DNA from: Barthelona sp. PAP020
Taxonomy: Eukaryota
Length of the DNA stretch: 49,017 bases
Direction: 5' to 3'
Assembly: GCA_040182905.1 (NCBI GenBank)
Contig: JARQWU010000046.1
Location: 1 to 49,017, forward strand
Shown one piece after another: positions 31,654 through 42,339 of this stretch; position 1 is the stretch's first letter; every line of letters begins with the position of its first letter. The position numbers were made by a program, and so were the translations under genes. The notes below the pieces were generated by a model that had not been told where the DNA came from, did no database searches, and saw only the letters and a program-made list of their open reading frames with translations.

Positions 31654-34161
31654 ATGACAATAGTTTATAAGAATTTTATTAAACTTGTGAATGACACATT
31701 GGAATTATCGAAGAATGTCCAAATACCAAATATTGGAGAAATTACTTCTACTTTATGTGGATTAAAAGAATATATTGAAAAGAATTCCCTATTTATCAAA
31801 AAGAATTTTAATTTAATTGACGTGGAAGCATTAAATGGTCATATTTTATCAACCAAACAAGAATTGGAAAATTCTACTTCTATTGGAATGTGTTCAAGGG
31901 GTTCTTATGCAGAAACTATGGAAATTATTGCGTCAATATTAAATGAGATGGTAATGCGTTTTTTTGAAGTTGTTACTCAATTGATGTTGAGTAAGAATCA
32001 AAATACTACTGAACAAAAGTTAGATACTATAAATACCACTGTTGATAGCATTAGTACAGAATTAAGCTTTCTGAATGAGAGAAAAAAATCAGAAAGACTT
32101 TATTTAGATGCTCAAAGGGAATTGTTTGGATTTGGTCAAAATGTTGATGCTAGAGTTGCCTACAAATCGTTTAACGAGTCTGCTAAACTGAATAATACAG
32201 AAAGTTTGAATTATCTACTTCAACTACAATATTTTAATGTGGGTTGTTGTTTTGATGCAGAAGAATTTTATGATATTGCTGAAAAGGCTATAGGAAATGG
32301 TAGTTGCTTTGCCATTCAAATTCTTTGTAAATACTTGATGGGATTGAAAATTTCTAATCCTTTTAAAAGTACCTTTAAAAATTACCAACCAAGTAACATT
32401 GATGTAAGAAACTATTCAAAGGCAATGAGCTTTTTAAAACAAGGAAAAGATGCAAATGATATTGAATGCAGTTTGCTGTTGATGAAATTGGAAATTTCCA
32501 TCTTGATTTCATTGCAAAAAATTATAGCAATAAAAAACAAAAGGATAGAATTGGATTCCCTCTTTTTGGTCTCCAAAAAATGCATTTCTGAAGACTTGAT
32601 TTGGTCCGAAGAATCGTCCATATATGATTTTGTAACTGGTAAGTATGAGTTCAATTCTAGCATCGATCATAAAATTCTAGAACTACCTTCGTTGACTTTA
32701 AAAGATTTGGAAAACATCTATAAGTTTGATGTATTGAAACACCAAGTTGGTGAATTAGAGGGTATTTTAGAATCTATCAAAGAGAATGTGAAATCAACAT
32801 TAAAAAGAATTGATGATCCAGAAGCAAAGGTTTTATTGGCATACTTCCTATTATTTCGAGCTGATGAAGATGAAGCTGCTGAAGGAGTCAAGGTTTTAAA
32901 AGATATCGAACCATCTTACAAATCTGCAGCATATATATGGTTATTGGGATACTGTTCAGAAATTGGTAAAGGATTGCCCCAAGATTTAGACATTGCTCTG
33001 ATGTATTATCATCAATTGATTGATTATAATAAGGTTGGTTATCATCTCGTTGGTTGTCTTCAACAATCACAAGGGAAATTCCAGCAAAGTATGTGGAGTT
33101 TAATAAGGGCTTTCGAAAGTGGTATTTCAGAGTCTTGTATTTATATACAAGATTATTATTCATATTCAACAGCGCTTATGGGTGATATTCCCTTTGAATG
33201 CATCAGATGGTTGAAGAATGGGGCTGAATTGTTGGATATTAATTGTCTTTTAGCATTGGGAGACATCTTTTATGGAGAAAATGGTTATAGATATGCTAGT
33301 ACATTTGCTCCTGTGTATTTAAGTGAAGATATTAAAGAATCACCTCTATTAGCGTCAACTCTAGCGTTTTACTGTTATTATCAAGCTGCCATTTTGGGTA
33401 GTAATGAAGCCTTGAATCTGTTGGGCTTATTAATTGAAGAAGGTTGTGTTGATTTTTCGGCTAAATTCTTGAAAGATTTCTCTCAACAATTTTCATTTGA
33501 TCTTCAACAGAATACTCTATTTTTGGCGTTGAATTTTTTTAAAGCAGCTAGTTTATTGGGGAATATTGATGCACTGAATAACCTTTGTATTGGATATCTT
33601 AAATTGGAATCTTCTAACATTATTCACACAAGAGTTTTAGATAAATTGTTGGTTTATGCTGAAACATTTACCACTGGTGTTTCTGATCGTATTCTAAAAT
33701 TTGCTCCTTTATTAGAATACACAAAACCACCAACAATCAGTAATTTTGTGTATAATGAATTGAACATGAATTCTAACAGTATCCAACAAATACAATCACC
33801 TTCAAAAAAAGTTCATGTGACACAAGAACAAGATATTCAGTTAAATGATAAACAAAGTACCATCAATACTCAAAATAAGCATGTTTCTAATGTTTCTGAT
33901 GTTTCTGATATTTTTGAAGGAAAAAAAAAAATTGTGGATCATGAGAATGTTGTTGAATTTGAAAATAACGTTTATGATCAAAATATTGATTCTGCAACAA
34001 AATCAGAAACATCAGAAACATCTTTCATCACAAACGATTCAAACATTTCAAACATATCTGATAATTCTAAATCAAAGAGAAAAAAAGCAAAAATTCACAG
34101 AAAAAATTCTTATTCAAATAGTTCAAGGGCAAACAGAAGGAAGTTAAGCAGTCCGCTCTAA
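31654..34161 (+). CDS. Sel1-like (SLR/TPR) repeat protein
   Basis: LLGYCSEIGKGLPQDLDIALMYY, ALGDIFYGENG, AAILGSNEALNLLG, AASLLGNIDALNNL; first in-frame ATG 31654. Confidence 0.8.
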   Translation: MTIVYKNFIKLVNDTLELSKNVQIPNIGEITSTLCGLKEYIEKNSLFIKKNFNLIDVEALNGHILSTKQELENSTSIGMCSRGSYAETMEIIASILNEMVMRFFEVVTQLMLSKNQNTTEQKLDTINTTVDSISTELSFLNERKKSERLYLDAQRELFGFGQNVDARVAYKSFNESAKLNNTESLNYLLQLQYFNVGCCFDAEEFYDIAEKAIGNGSCFAIQILCKYLMGLKISNPFKSTFKNYQPSNIDVRNYSKAMSFLKQGKDANDIECSLLLMKLEISILISLQKIIAIKNKRIELDSLFLVSKKCISEDLIWSEESSIYDFVTGKYEFNSSIDHKILELPSLTLKDLENIYKFDVLKHQVGELEGILESIKENVKSTLKRIDDPEAKVLLAYFLLFRADEDEAAEGVKVLKDIEPSYKSAAYIWLLGYCSEIGKGLPQDLDIALMYYHQLIDYNKVGYHLVGCLQQSQGKFQQSMWSLIRAFESGISESCIYIQDYYSYSTALMGDIPFECIRWLKNGAELLDINCLLALGDIFYGENGYRYASTFAPVYLSEDIKESPLLASTLAFYCYYQAAILGSNEALNLLGLLIEEGCVDFSAKFLKDFSQQFSFDLQQNTLFLALNFFKAASLLGNIDALNNLCIGYLKLESSNIIHTRVLDKLLVYAETFTTGVSDRILKFAPLLEYTKPPTISNFVYNELNMNSNSIQQIQSPSKKVHVTQEQDIQLNDKQSTINTQNKHVSNVSDVSDIFEGKKKIVDHENVVEFENNVYDQNIDSATKSETSETSFITNDSNISNISDNSKSKRKKAKIHRKNSYSNSSRANRRKLSSPL

Positions 34162-34311
34162 ATGTAAATTATTTTTTTCAAATACCGTTTTTATTTTAAT
34201 ATTCTGTTTTTTTATTTAAAAATAAATTGATAAAGAATCAAGAAAAAGGATTAAATTCTTCAAGAAACAACAAACAAAAACATACACTTTTTTTCATTTT
34301 CCCATCAAGAT

Positions 34312-35871
34312 ATGTTTGAAAAACGCATTCGACGAAGAACGAAATCATTTCATTTATTAGTTTTGGGAATTATTGCGGGATTTATGACTTTATTTGTCAT
34401 TTTTCTTGCAGTTTCTTCAAATAACATTGAAAAGAACAATGTAATTCCATGGTTAATTGATTGTAATACAAAAGAAGAAATTGATGTGTCTTCTACTGAT
34501 TCAAAAACAAAAGAAAATACAGATGTTCCTGTCGTACCAGAAGATTCAACATCAATCGAAGAAGATATAAATAAAGAAAATATTGATAACATTGAAAAAG
34601 AATCTTTGGATGATCCAGATTTTGAAAAACAGGAGGATGTAGAAGAGAAAAAAGAAGAAATTGAAAAAAAAGAAACAAAAACTGATCCTGAACCTGAAAC
34701 TGAAACAAAGATTGAAACAGACACTAAAACTGAAAGTGAAACTGAAAATGAAAAGGAAAAAATTGATTCAGATTCGATTATTGAGGTTGAAGGTGAATCA
34801 ACCACTGAAGTTGAAGGTAAAGAAGAAGAAATTGCTGAAGAAAGTGATGTTAAGTTTGATGCCAAAATTGACATATTTTTAAAAAGTATGTATTCCTTGA
34901 AAGGTAAGTATCAAGTTGAGTTTACAGATACTAATTTGGATGAGTGTGACACTGTCGGAGACATCACGTTTGATCCCCAACAATTGGATCTAATTGACCC
35001 TGAAAAGAACTCAAATCTTCCACCAATTCCCACACTTGGTTTCCCCACAATTATCAATCCATATTTTATCGAAAGAGCCGTTTATTCAATTGATTATCCT
35101 GTTAAAAAATTGTTCATTGGTTGGAACGGCAATTATGAAAATATCAGATGTGCTATACGTCGTATCAAAAGAAATTTGGGGGATTTGGTAGAAATCAAAC
35201 AATATCCCGAAAATTTAGGCGTTAGCCCTGTTTGGAACGAAATAGCTATGGCGGATGAAAAGGCAGACTACTTTATTATGTCTAATGATGACGTGAAATT
35301 GTTGCCCGGAACTCTCAAAGCTGTGGCACAACATATGGAATCGTTGAAGAATAAAAATGGTGAGCTTCCTCCAATCATTTATGGCTCTAAAGCACAGAGT
35401 GAAAATCATCCTATGTGGGAGAGCTTCCTTAGTACTCGTACAGCTTATGAAAGAATTGGCGCGTTTGATGAAAACTTTTTTCCCATGTATTACGAGGATA
35501 ATGACTATGATTTCCGTAGTGCTATGGCTGGTGTTAATAAAAGGCAATTGGATGTGTTCAAAATACATCATGGATGGGATGATGCAAAAGACTACATTTC
35601 TGGTACTCGCTTTGATCATCGTGGAGCTCTTAATGATAATTTGAAGCGTCAAATCGAACGTTCTCCTTCTCTATACGGATATATTCAAGAGAAATTTGGA
35701 AGAAATCATGACTGGAAACATCCCTTCAACAATAAAGCAAATGGTCCCGGTTATTGGACTTACAAATGGGATCGACCCTATCTTGTTCGTTCTGGTCAAC
35801 ATAGGGCTAATGCCAATTATTATAAAACTGATAACATTTATGCAAGTTCAAAATATTCATACAAGGCCTAA
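34312..35871 (+). CDS. Type II membrane GT-A glycosyltransferase (GT2-like; resembles kinetoplastid LPG1/galactofuranosyltransferase motifs)
   Basis: Basic N-tail + TM anchor + acidic stem; SIDYPV, ENLGVSPVWN, SNDDV (DxD-like), IGAFDENFFPMYYEDNDY. Confidence 0.85.
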   Translation: MFEKRIRRRTKSFHLLVLGIIAGFMTLFVIFLAVSSNNIEKNNVIPWLIDCNTKEEIDVSSTDSKTKENTDVPVVPEDSTSIEEDINKENIDNIEKESLDDPDFEKQEDVEEKKEEIEKKETKTDPEPETETKIETDTKTESETENEKEKIDSDSIIEVEGESTTEVEGKEEEIAEESDVKFDAKIDIFLKSMYSLKGKYQVEFTDTNLDECDTVGDITFDPQQLDLIDPEKNSNLPPIPTLGFPTIINPYFIERAVYSIDYPVKKLFIGWNGNYENIRCAIRRIKRNLGDLVEIKQYPENLGVSPVWNEIAMADEKADYFIMSNDDVKLLPGTLKAVAQHMESLKNKNGELPPIIYGSKAQSENHPMWESFLSTRTAYERIGAFDENFFPMYYEDNDYDFRSAMAGVNKRQLDVFKIHHGWDDAKDYISGTRFDHRGALNDNLKRQIERSPSLYGYIQEKFGRNHDWKHPFNNKANGPGYWTYKWDRPYLVRSGQHRANANYYKTDNIYASSKYSYKA

Positions 35872-36175
35872 CTCACCTCTTTGAAAGCACATATTTGTAT
35901 TTTTGTAATTTTAATTCGGTAGCATGTTTTTGCTATTACTCACATATAAATAGGTATTGTTTTCTTATTTCTATTATCTGTGATTAATATTTGGTGAAAA
36001 AAACGAGTATTTGTTGATCATTTAACACTTTCAAAAGACCGATTAAAAGGCTTCTGTTTATTGACTATTTGTTTATATTTGATTGATTTAAAGAAGTTTT
36101 ATTTTTATTCATTAAGGAACATGATAGAAAAAAAGTGAACACAAGCAATTTCTTTTTTTTCTGTCAATAATTTTA

Positions 36176-37804
36176 ATGAATACCCATACTGCAACATCCA
36201 AAGTAGAATTACATATTAGTTACAAGGATCTTATTGATTTGGATATTCAATCGAAAACCGATCCGTTTTGTGTTGTTTATTTATTAGATCCTGTATCTAA
36301 AAATAAAACATTGTTAGGACACACTGAAGTTGTGCAAGATAGATTAACAGGAGATTTTATAACACCTATTATTGTAGAGTATTATTTTGAGTTTCCTCAA
36401 GATCTAATTTTTGAAATGTACGATGTCGATGATCATGTTAATATAATGGATCTTAAAGCTCATGATTTTGTTGGGTATATGGAATGTAATTTGGCTGAAA
36501 TATTAATTTCCCCAAATAAAATATATAATAGTCAATTGATCAATCCTGAAAGAAAAGAAAATGTTGGTTACATCGCTGTACATTTGGAAGAAGTGGCAGA
36601 ATCTCATTTATCTCAAGACATTATAAATTTTCAAGTTAGATGCAGAGAGCTAGACCCAAAGAATGTCCAGCTGTTTTTTAGAAAATCAGATCCATTCATA
36701 AGAATATCCAGAATTAAGGAAGATGGTAGTTTAAACAGTGTTTTTGAGTCTAAGATAATTACCAATGATTTGAACCCTGTTTTTGATTTTACTGTTAACT
36801 TTAGGCAGTTGTCTAATTGTGATATTAATCGTCTATTGAGATTTGAAGTGTGGTCATATAGATCAGATGGGGATCACAAATATATCGGGTGTACTGATAT
36901 GTGTTTAAGGGAAATTGTTGAAAACAGTTCAAATCCAGCAGAAAATGTTGTGTTTTCTGAACATAAACGAGCAAAATTGGCAGCTAAAGGAAAATCTTAT
37001 AGTGGATCTGGATTCATTGTTATCACTGCTGATCATCAACACAGGGCAACGTTTATTGAATATGTTACCTCTGGTTATGATATTAATTTGACTGTTGCCA
37101 TTGATATGACTGGGTCAAATTTGGAGCCAACTAATCCCAACTCTTTGCACTATATCGGAGCTAATATGACACAATATGAAATGGCTTTAAATGCTGTTGG
37201 CAGTGTGGTTGCTCCATATGATAGAGATGGTATGATTGGAGCTTTTGGTTTTGGAGGAAAGCCCAATGGTTACAATTCTGTCGAACATTGTTTCCCACTT
37301 GGGGATTATAATAATGGTAATGTTAAAGGGGAGTATTATGGTTTACAAGAAGTTATTGCTGCATACAAAGCTACTTTACGCAGTTGTGTATTGTATGGAC
37401 CCACTATGTTCTCACAGATAATAAATGCTCTTGTTAAAAAGGCCAGTGATGAGCCAAATTCGTTTCAATTATTGTTATTGTTAACAGATGGCCAGAATAA
37501 TGATCAAAAACAAACAATAGAGGCCATTGTAAAAGGTTCGAATTTTCCATTAGCCATAATCATTGTTGGTGTTGGTAACGCAGATTTTAGTCAGATGGTA
37601 GCTCTTGATTCTGATGAATCTTTGTTAACAGATAGATTTGGCAACGTTGCAAAGGCCGATATAGTGCAGTTTGTTGAATTCAATAGGTTCTTTCATAATC
37701 CTCAAATATTAGCAGCAGAAACTCTTGCCGAATTTCCAGAACAATTTGTTAACTATATGCATCAACATGGAATAAAGCCATTGGATGCTTATGTTCTTCC
37801 CTAA
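36176..37804 (+). CDS. Copine (C2-C2-vWA)
   Basis: DLDIQSKTDPFCV, KSDPF, VAIDMTGSN..P..P.SLHY, YGPTMFS, LLLTDG, IIIVGVG.ADF, DIVQFVEF, LAEFPEQF. Confidence 0.95.
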   Translation: MNTHTATSKVELHISYKDLIDLDIQSKTDPFCVVYLLDPVSKNKTLLGHTEVVQDRLTGDFITPIIVEYYFEFPQDLIFEMYDVDDHVNIMDLKAHDFVGYMECNLAEILISPNKIYNSQLINPERKENVGYIAVHLEEVAESHLSQDIINFQVRCRELDPKNVQLFFRKSDPFIRISRIKEDGSLNSVFESKIITNDLNPVFDFTVNFRQLSNCDINRLLRFEVWSYRSDGDHKYIGCTDMCLREIVENSSNPAENVVFSEHKRAKLAAKGKSYSGSGFIVITADHQHRATFIEYVTSGYDINLTVAIDMTGSNLEPTNPNSLHYIGANMTQYEMALNAVGSVVAPYDRDGMIGAFGFGGKPNGYNSVEHCFPLGDYNNGNVKGEYYGLQEVIAAYKATLRSCVLYGPTMFSQIINALVKKASDEPNSFQLLLLLTDGQNNDQKQTIEAIVKGSNFPLAIIIVGVGNADFSQMVALDSDESLLTDRFGNVAKADIVQFVEFNRFFHNPQILAAETLAEFPEQFVNYMHQHGIKPLDAYVLP

Positions 37805-38272
37805 TCATATTCCCTTGTTTTTTGTGTTACGTAAATACTTTTTGTTTGTTTATTTTACAGTTTTATTGTCATAAAGGTTTTTTATTTTCCCAAGTTCAAA
37901 GCTTTTGGATTTATTTGAAAGTTGTTCTTAAGATTGAACCAATAAAGGAAATTGGTGTGCTATTTGCCAATTGAGTGAGGTTCATTTGTTTTGAGCAACA
38001 ATGGCTTTGAATAGAGTTCATCATTCTCATCTTGGATTTCATTTCATCACAAAAATTTGGTTTGAAAATCCTTGAAAATATAATGCAGGCAAAAGAAAAA
38101 ATAAAGCAACAGTTTATAACAGCAGCTTTCGTGCTTTAACATCGATATTGAAAAACAAAATAACAAAATAAATCAATCTAATGAAACAATTTCATTGAAT
38201 TGATCGTTCTAAGATCATTCAACCCCCTAAAACATATCAAAATCCAAAATATTCTACAAACAAATAAACAAC

Positions 38273-40108
38273 TCAAATAGGCATCTTTTTCATTGCATTA
38301 TCATCATTTTTATCTTTTGCAGCAGTATCGGTACTGTGTAATCTATTTGACCATGTCCTAGCATCATGCAAATGAGCGCTAATTTTCAACGGCCAATTGC
38401 CAGCGAAAAATAGATGCTCCAACGCTTTTTCACTTGAAGTTCGTTTCATTGGATCAAATACAAAGATAGAATTCATCAAATCCAAGAATTCTAAAGGATC
38501 TTGTATCTCTTCACATTGTATACCATGAACATAGAGATTAGATTGTGATTGAAACAAACTTTTCCGAGTTAAATTTGCTTGACTAATTATATAAGGTAAT
38601 GGGTTCAATTTTGGAGGTGTCCAAGTGGCAGCACGCTTAGAATCGTGCTTGAAATAAATCTTGCTTCGTGTTTTGGAAACGTGTACTTGCCAATTCTTCA
38701 GAAAGTGCTTGCTCATTTGTATAGCTTTCAACCAATATTCTCTTTCTTTAGTAATATCCTTAGTCTCATAAACTGGTCTCTTAAACGTATTTGAATGAGC
38801 ATCGTCAACGGAACTGTAGTACCACAGATGATGCCGTGTGTCAGATCGCTTTAACTGATAGTAATCTGGTAGGGGTGGAACAATCCAGTGTCCATCTGGA
38901 CATTCATCAAAGAAGTGTGCATAACCTTTGTTACTATGAGGTAACGACATGTCCATCACATCCTTGTTGATTACTCTCCAATATTCATAAGATTTTGTCC
39001 CTATTTCAAGATCACTTTCTGAAGGAGGACCTCCAACAACATCAACGATACTACCCATCAATTTGATATAATTCGTAGCCTTAAACATCCAACTGCCCAA
39101 ATAACACTCCATCAAAACACAACCTGCACTCCATATATCAGCTGCAGGTGTTAAAGTGCATCCTAAAATAACTTCTGGAGGTCGAAAAGGTCGAGAAATA
39201 TGATATCCACTCACTCTGTTTGAGGCATTAATGCAAGATGAAAAATCAATCAAACGCATAGGAAATAAGCTTAAGTTCATTCTAACTGTGTTAATAAGGG
39301 TTTTCCGGTCGTAAAATAATGTCTCCGGATTTGAATGAAACGCATCAAACATTATATTATCAGGCTTTATATCTGCATTAATCAAATTGACTTCTTCATG
39401 TAAAAACCTTAGAGCAGAAAATAATTTGTACCCAATACAACGTATTTCAGGTAACGAAAAAACAGAAGTATTTCTTAAGACTTCTGCTAAAGTAACACTA
39501 CATAACTGTTGTGTTATTCCAAAACAATTGACAAACGAAAATACATTTAATATAAGATTCATCCCATGAGGATCAAACTGATTTGTTGAAGTCAACCCAT
39601 TTAGTGTATTCACAGAACTAATCTCATTCATAGACTGCTCAGGTGGAAAAACTATATCAACAACTCTAGGCAAACTTTCATTGTTGGGAAAATTCACATA
39701 ATCTCTCTTAACAGATACCCCAGGAAAATCACTAGGCAGTGAATAAAACGAATTGATAGAATCCATTACACAATCCATGGGATTATCTGAGGTTTCATAA
39801 GCCTTGGAGTGAATAAGACAAAGATGTTCATACTCCTTTCGTAAACAATCACAATCTTGAGATAATTTTAAAGCTAACAAAGCATCAACTCTGCATTTTC
39901 TTTGTTCATAATCCTGTGAAGTAGTTTTGCATAAATCCAATGCAATAACAACCAAACCAAAAGTACCACTGCCCATTCGTCCTAATATTAAAAACCTTCC
40001 ACCAACAATACTTCCAATACCTAATCTTACTTGAGCACATTTGATATCTTTTTTTCTCAATTGTGTTGGATTTGGTATTTCCCAATTCTTATCGTGATCT
40101 TGGTTCAT
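38273..40108 (-). CDS. CMGC protein kinase, DYRK/Yak1-like, with insertions including a WW domain
   Basis: MGSGTFG, ALK, NADIKPDN, IDFSS, YHISRPFRPPEVILG, DIWSAGC, DPMKR...ALEHLFF. Confidence 0.88.
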   Translation of the reverse strand: MNQDHDKNWEIPNPTQLRKKDIKCAQVRLGIGSIVGGRFLILGRMGSGTFGLVVIALDLCKTTSQDYEQRKCRVDALLALKLSQDCDCLRKEYEHLCLIHSKAYETSDNPMDCVMDSINSFYSLPSDFPGVSVKRDYVNFPNNESLPRVVDIVFPPEQSMNEISSVNTLNGLTSTNQFDPHGMNLILNVFSFVNCFGITQQLCSVTLAEVLRNTSVFSLPEIRCIGYKLFSALRFLHEEVNLINADIKPDNIMFDAFHSNPETLFYDRKTLINTVRMNLSLFPMRLIDFSSCINASNRVSGYHISRPFRPPEVILGCTLTPAADIWSAGCVLMECYLGSWMFKATNYIKLMGSIVDVVGGPPSESDLEIGTKSYEYWRVINKDVMDMSLPHSNKGYAHFFDECPDGHWIVPPLPDYYQLKRSDTRHHLWYYSSVDDAHSNTFKRPVYETKDITKEREYWLKAIQMSKHFLKNWQVHVSKTRSKIYFKHDSKRAATWTPPKLNPLPYIISQANLTRKSLFQSQSNLYVHGIQCEEIQDPLEFLDLMNSIFVFDPMKRTSSEKALEHLFFAGNWPLKISAHLHDARTWSNRLHSTDTAAKDKNDDNAMKKMPI

Positions 40109-40489
40109 CGACTATAAAACATTAATCGCTTGTAATGTATTATTTGCAAAATCAATTTCTGAAGAGATTGTTTTGATTTTTCTTCTCAATTATCTCTTTT
40201 TTGACTTCTTTATTTCTTTTTCATTTGTTGCATTCAATAAATTTATCTATTTTGAAAGCTCAATTTATTGATTTTCACTCTTTTTTCACTTGTTCTTTCA
40301 CTTTCATTTTATTTCATTAACCATGTTTTCTTTACCAACCAAATCTGTTAAAATGCATTAAAAATACATTCACACTCCAAACAACACAATTTACAATGTT
40401 TGAATATTTCACATCCTAAAAAATATGCAAACAATAATAATAATAAAAAAATATACTATTTACATGTTAAATTATAGTAAATATTTTTG

Positions 40490-40966
40490 TTACATGTAAG
40501 CAGGTCCTTGATAATTGTTAGGAGGTTGAACAAAACCAGGTTGTTGTTGTTGAGGATAACCAGGTTGTTGAGGATAACCTTGTTGTTGAGGATAACCTTG
40601 TTGTTGAGGATAACCTTGTTGAGGATAACCTTGACGAGGTTGTTGTCTTCCTTCAATCCATCTGTTTTGATTCTTTAAATCTTGAACAGTGTTAAAAGTT
40701 TGACAAATGGCACAGGTTGGGCAAAGAGTCACACAAAGACAATCTCCACAATCATCAGAAGGAACATTTTGAACTACACGAATACGTTTTCTAATAAAAT
40801 AAACAGCATTATAATTAGCAAAACAACAATCACAGAAAGAACATTCTCTGTCATCAGCTTTGGCAAAAGAATTGGCGACAGTGTAGGAAGGAATGAAATA
40901 AGTGATAACAGTGGTTTCTAAATTGTAGCAAAGGTTAAAAATACCGTGACTGAAGGGACCGGACAT
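40490..40966 (-). CDS. PLAC8-family Cys-rich protein with (QQGYP)n tail
   Basis: FSHGIFNLC, IRKRIR, DCGDCLCVTLCPTCAICQ; Gln/Pro/Tyr tail. Confidence 0.88.
   Translation of the reverse strand: MSGPFSHGIFNLCYNLETTVITYFIPSYTVANSFAKADDRECSFCDCCFANYNAVYFIRKRIRVVQNVPSDDCGDCLCVTLCPTCAICQTFNTVQDLKNQNRWIEGRQQPRQGYPQQGYPQQQGYPQQQGYPQQPGYPQQQQPGFVQPPNNYQGPAYM
40541..40633 (-). repeat. Coding tandem repeat, five 15-18-nt units (ttgttgaggataacc) encoding QQGYP
   Basis: Five copies of GAGGATAACC seen directly in the sequence. Confidence 0.9.
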
Positions 40967-41319
40967 TTAATGGAACAAAAAAAAAATGATGATGACTCTC
41001 TGGGAAAATCTATTTGAAATATCTCCTCCCATTCATGGCTCTTTTATTATTTTCAAAACCAATTGAAATACTGTTTCTCTTCTCCCATAAATTTTCAAAT
41101 GAAATTTTTATAAATATTTGAAAAGAAAAAATGTAAAATTTTTTTGGCTGAATTCCAACTTCTTTGTCATCAAAAATAGCTGTTGATCACGAATTGAAAT
41201 ATGATATGATTAAAAACTTTTAAAAACACTCTAAGGCAGCCACATATCCCATATATAAAAAAGAACTTTTTAGTCAAGAAAAACAAAAGTTCTGTATGTT
41301 CTTTATAAATTTTGTTCAT

Positions 41320-42067
41320 TTAAATAGCTTCATATCCAGCACGAGAAGAATCCCTTTTGATTAATCCTTTGATCTTTCCAATAACAATTCCAGCACCAGC
41401 AATAGTCCAACCAGGGACTTGTTTCCAAAAACCAAGATGAGGAATCATCTCAATACCACGTGCTCCATGTTGTTTGTATTTCAGGCCCATACCAATACCA
41501 AGATATAATATGATACCAACAATTAAAATGATGAAGAACATCTTGCCAAAACCAGAACTACCTCCACCACCAATATAAGAACAAACGACAGAAGTCTTCC
41601 AATCAAAATAAAAATCATTAGGACCTCCTGCAACACAATATGTTTTAGGACCACTAACATAAGAAAGGTTACCATTTCCAGGGAATCCAGCATCACAAAT
41701 AAATTTGATTGTGGTGGTATAAGCAGGTTGATATCCATCATAATAACACTTATCACCATGAGAATACTTTATTGATACAGAATTATCATCACTACCAACA
41801 ACAGCTCCATCAACACCACCTTGATTAGTTGCAGTACCTCCAGTGATAACAAATTTAACAGGAACTTCATTATCACCAGCACAAGGGTCAACTTCAAATG
41901 TAAGGGTTTGATCAAGATCAACTTCAAGTGAACTAAAAGTTAGGCGATTGATACTCTCATTTTCGTTACGCTTTTAAACTTTTCAATTGTCCATAAGGAT
42001 CACACACATTGGCAAATGTTAATCCCAAAAAAATGGAAACAGAAAGGAAAACTAATGCAAATTTCAT
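41320..42067 (-). CDS. Cation-dependent mannose-6-phosphate receptor/ATG27-like type I membrane protein (exons 42067-41970 and 41932-41320; 236 aa)
   Basis: Signal peptide MKFALVFLSVSIFLGLTFA; MRH-like SIKYSHGDKC...TTIKFIC...FDWKTSVVC; TM; GARGIEMIPHLGFW; terminal YEAI (Yxx-phi). The ORF track shows only the last 73 aa. Confidence 0.88.
41933..41969 (-). other. Spliceosomal intron, 37 nt
   Basis: GTAACGAAAATGAGAGTATCAATCGCCTAACTTTTAG; removes an in-frame TAA and joins GC|T into the long downstream frame. Confidence 0.88.
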
Positions 42068-42339
42068 GATAAAAAGAAATAAAAAAAAAGGTTTGTTGAT
42101 GTCAACAACTTTTAATCTTGTTTTCAAACATTTCATTAGTCATAATGTTAATGTGAGTACAAATATGTTTTGTACAAAATTTTATAAATTCAACAAAAAC
42201 AAAAAATTTCAAAACAAAATGGAAATTTGAAAATTGGTTTTCTTCATTCAGTTATTTAAACTAAAATTGTTAAGGAAAACACAAAATTTGCAATATAAAA
42301 AAAAAAGCCTTTTTTTTATAAATTTAAACTGTTTTTGTC

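Noticed and set aside
34350..34882. Overlapping ORFs across the acidic stem of the glycosyltransferase (similar cases inside 11368-18045 and at 40456-40678)
   Set aside because: Low-complexity E/K/T/Q coding sequence leaves other frames open; no independent signal.
37850..38270. Small ORFs or an RNA gene in the copine-kinase spacer
   Set aside because: Only ORFs under 45 aa with no recognisable motif, and one short hairpin (~38207-38220); no tRNA, snRNA or snoRNA signature could be supported.
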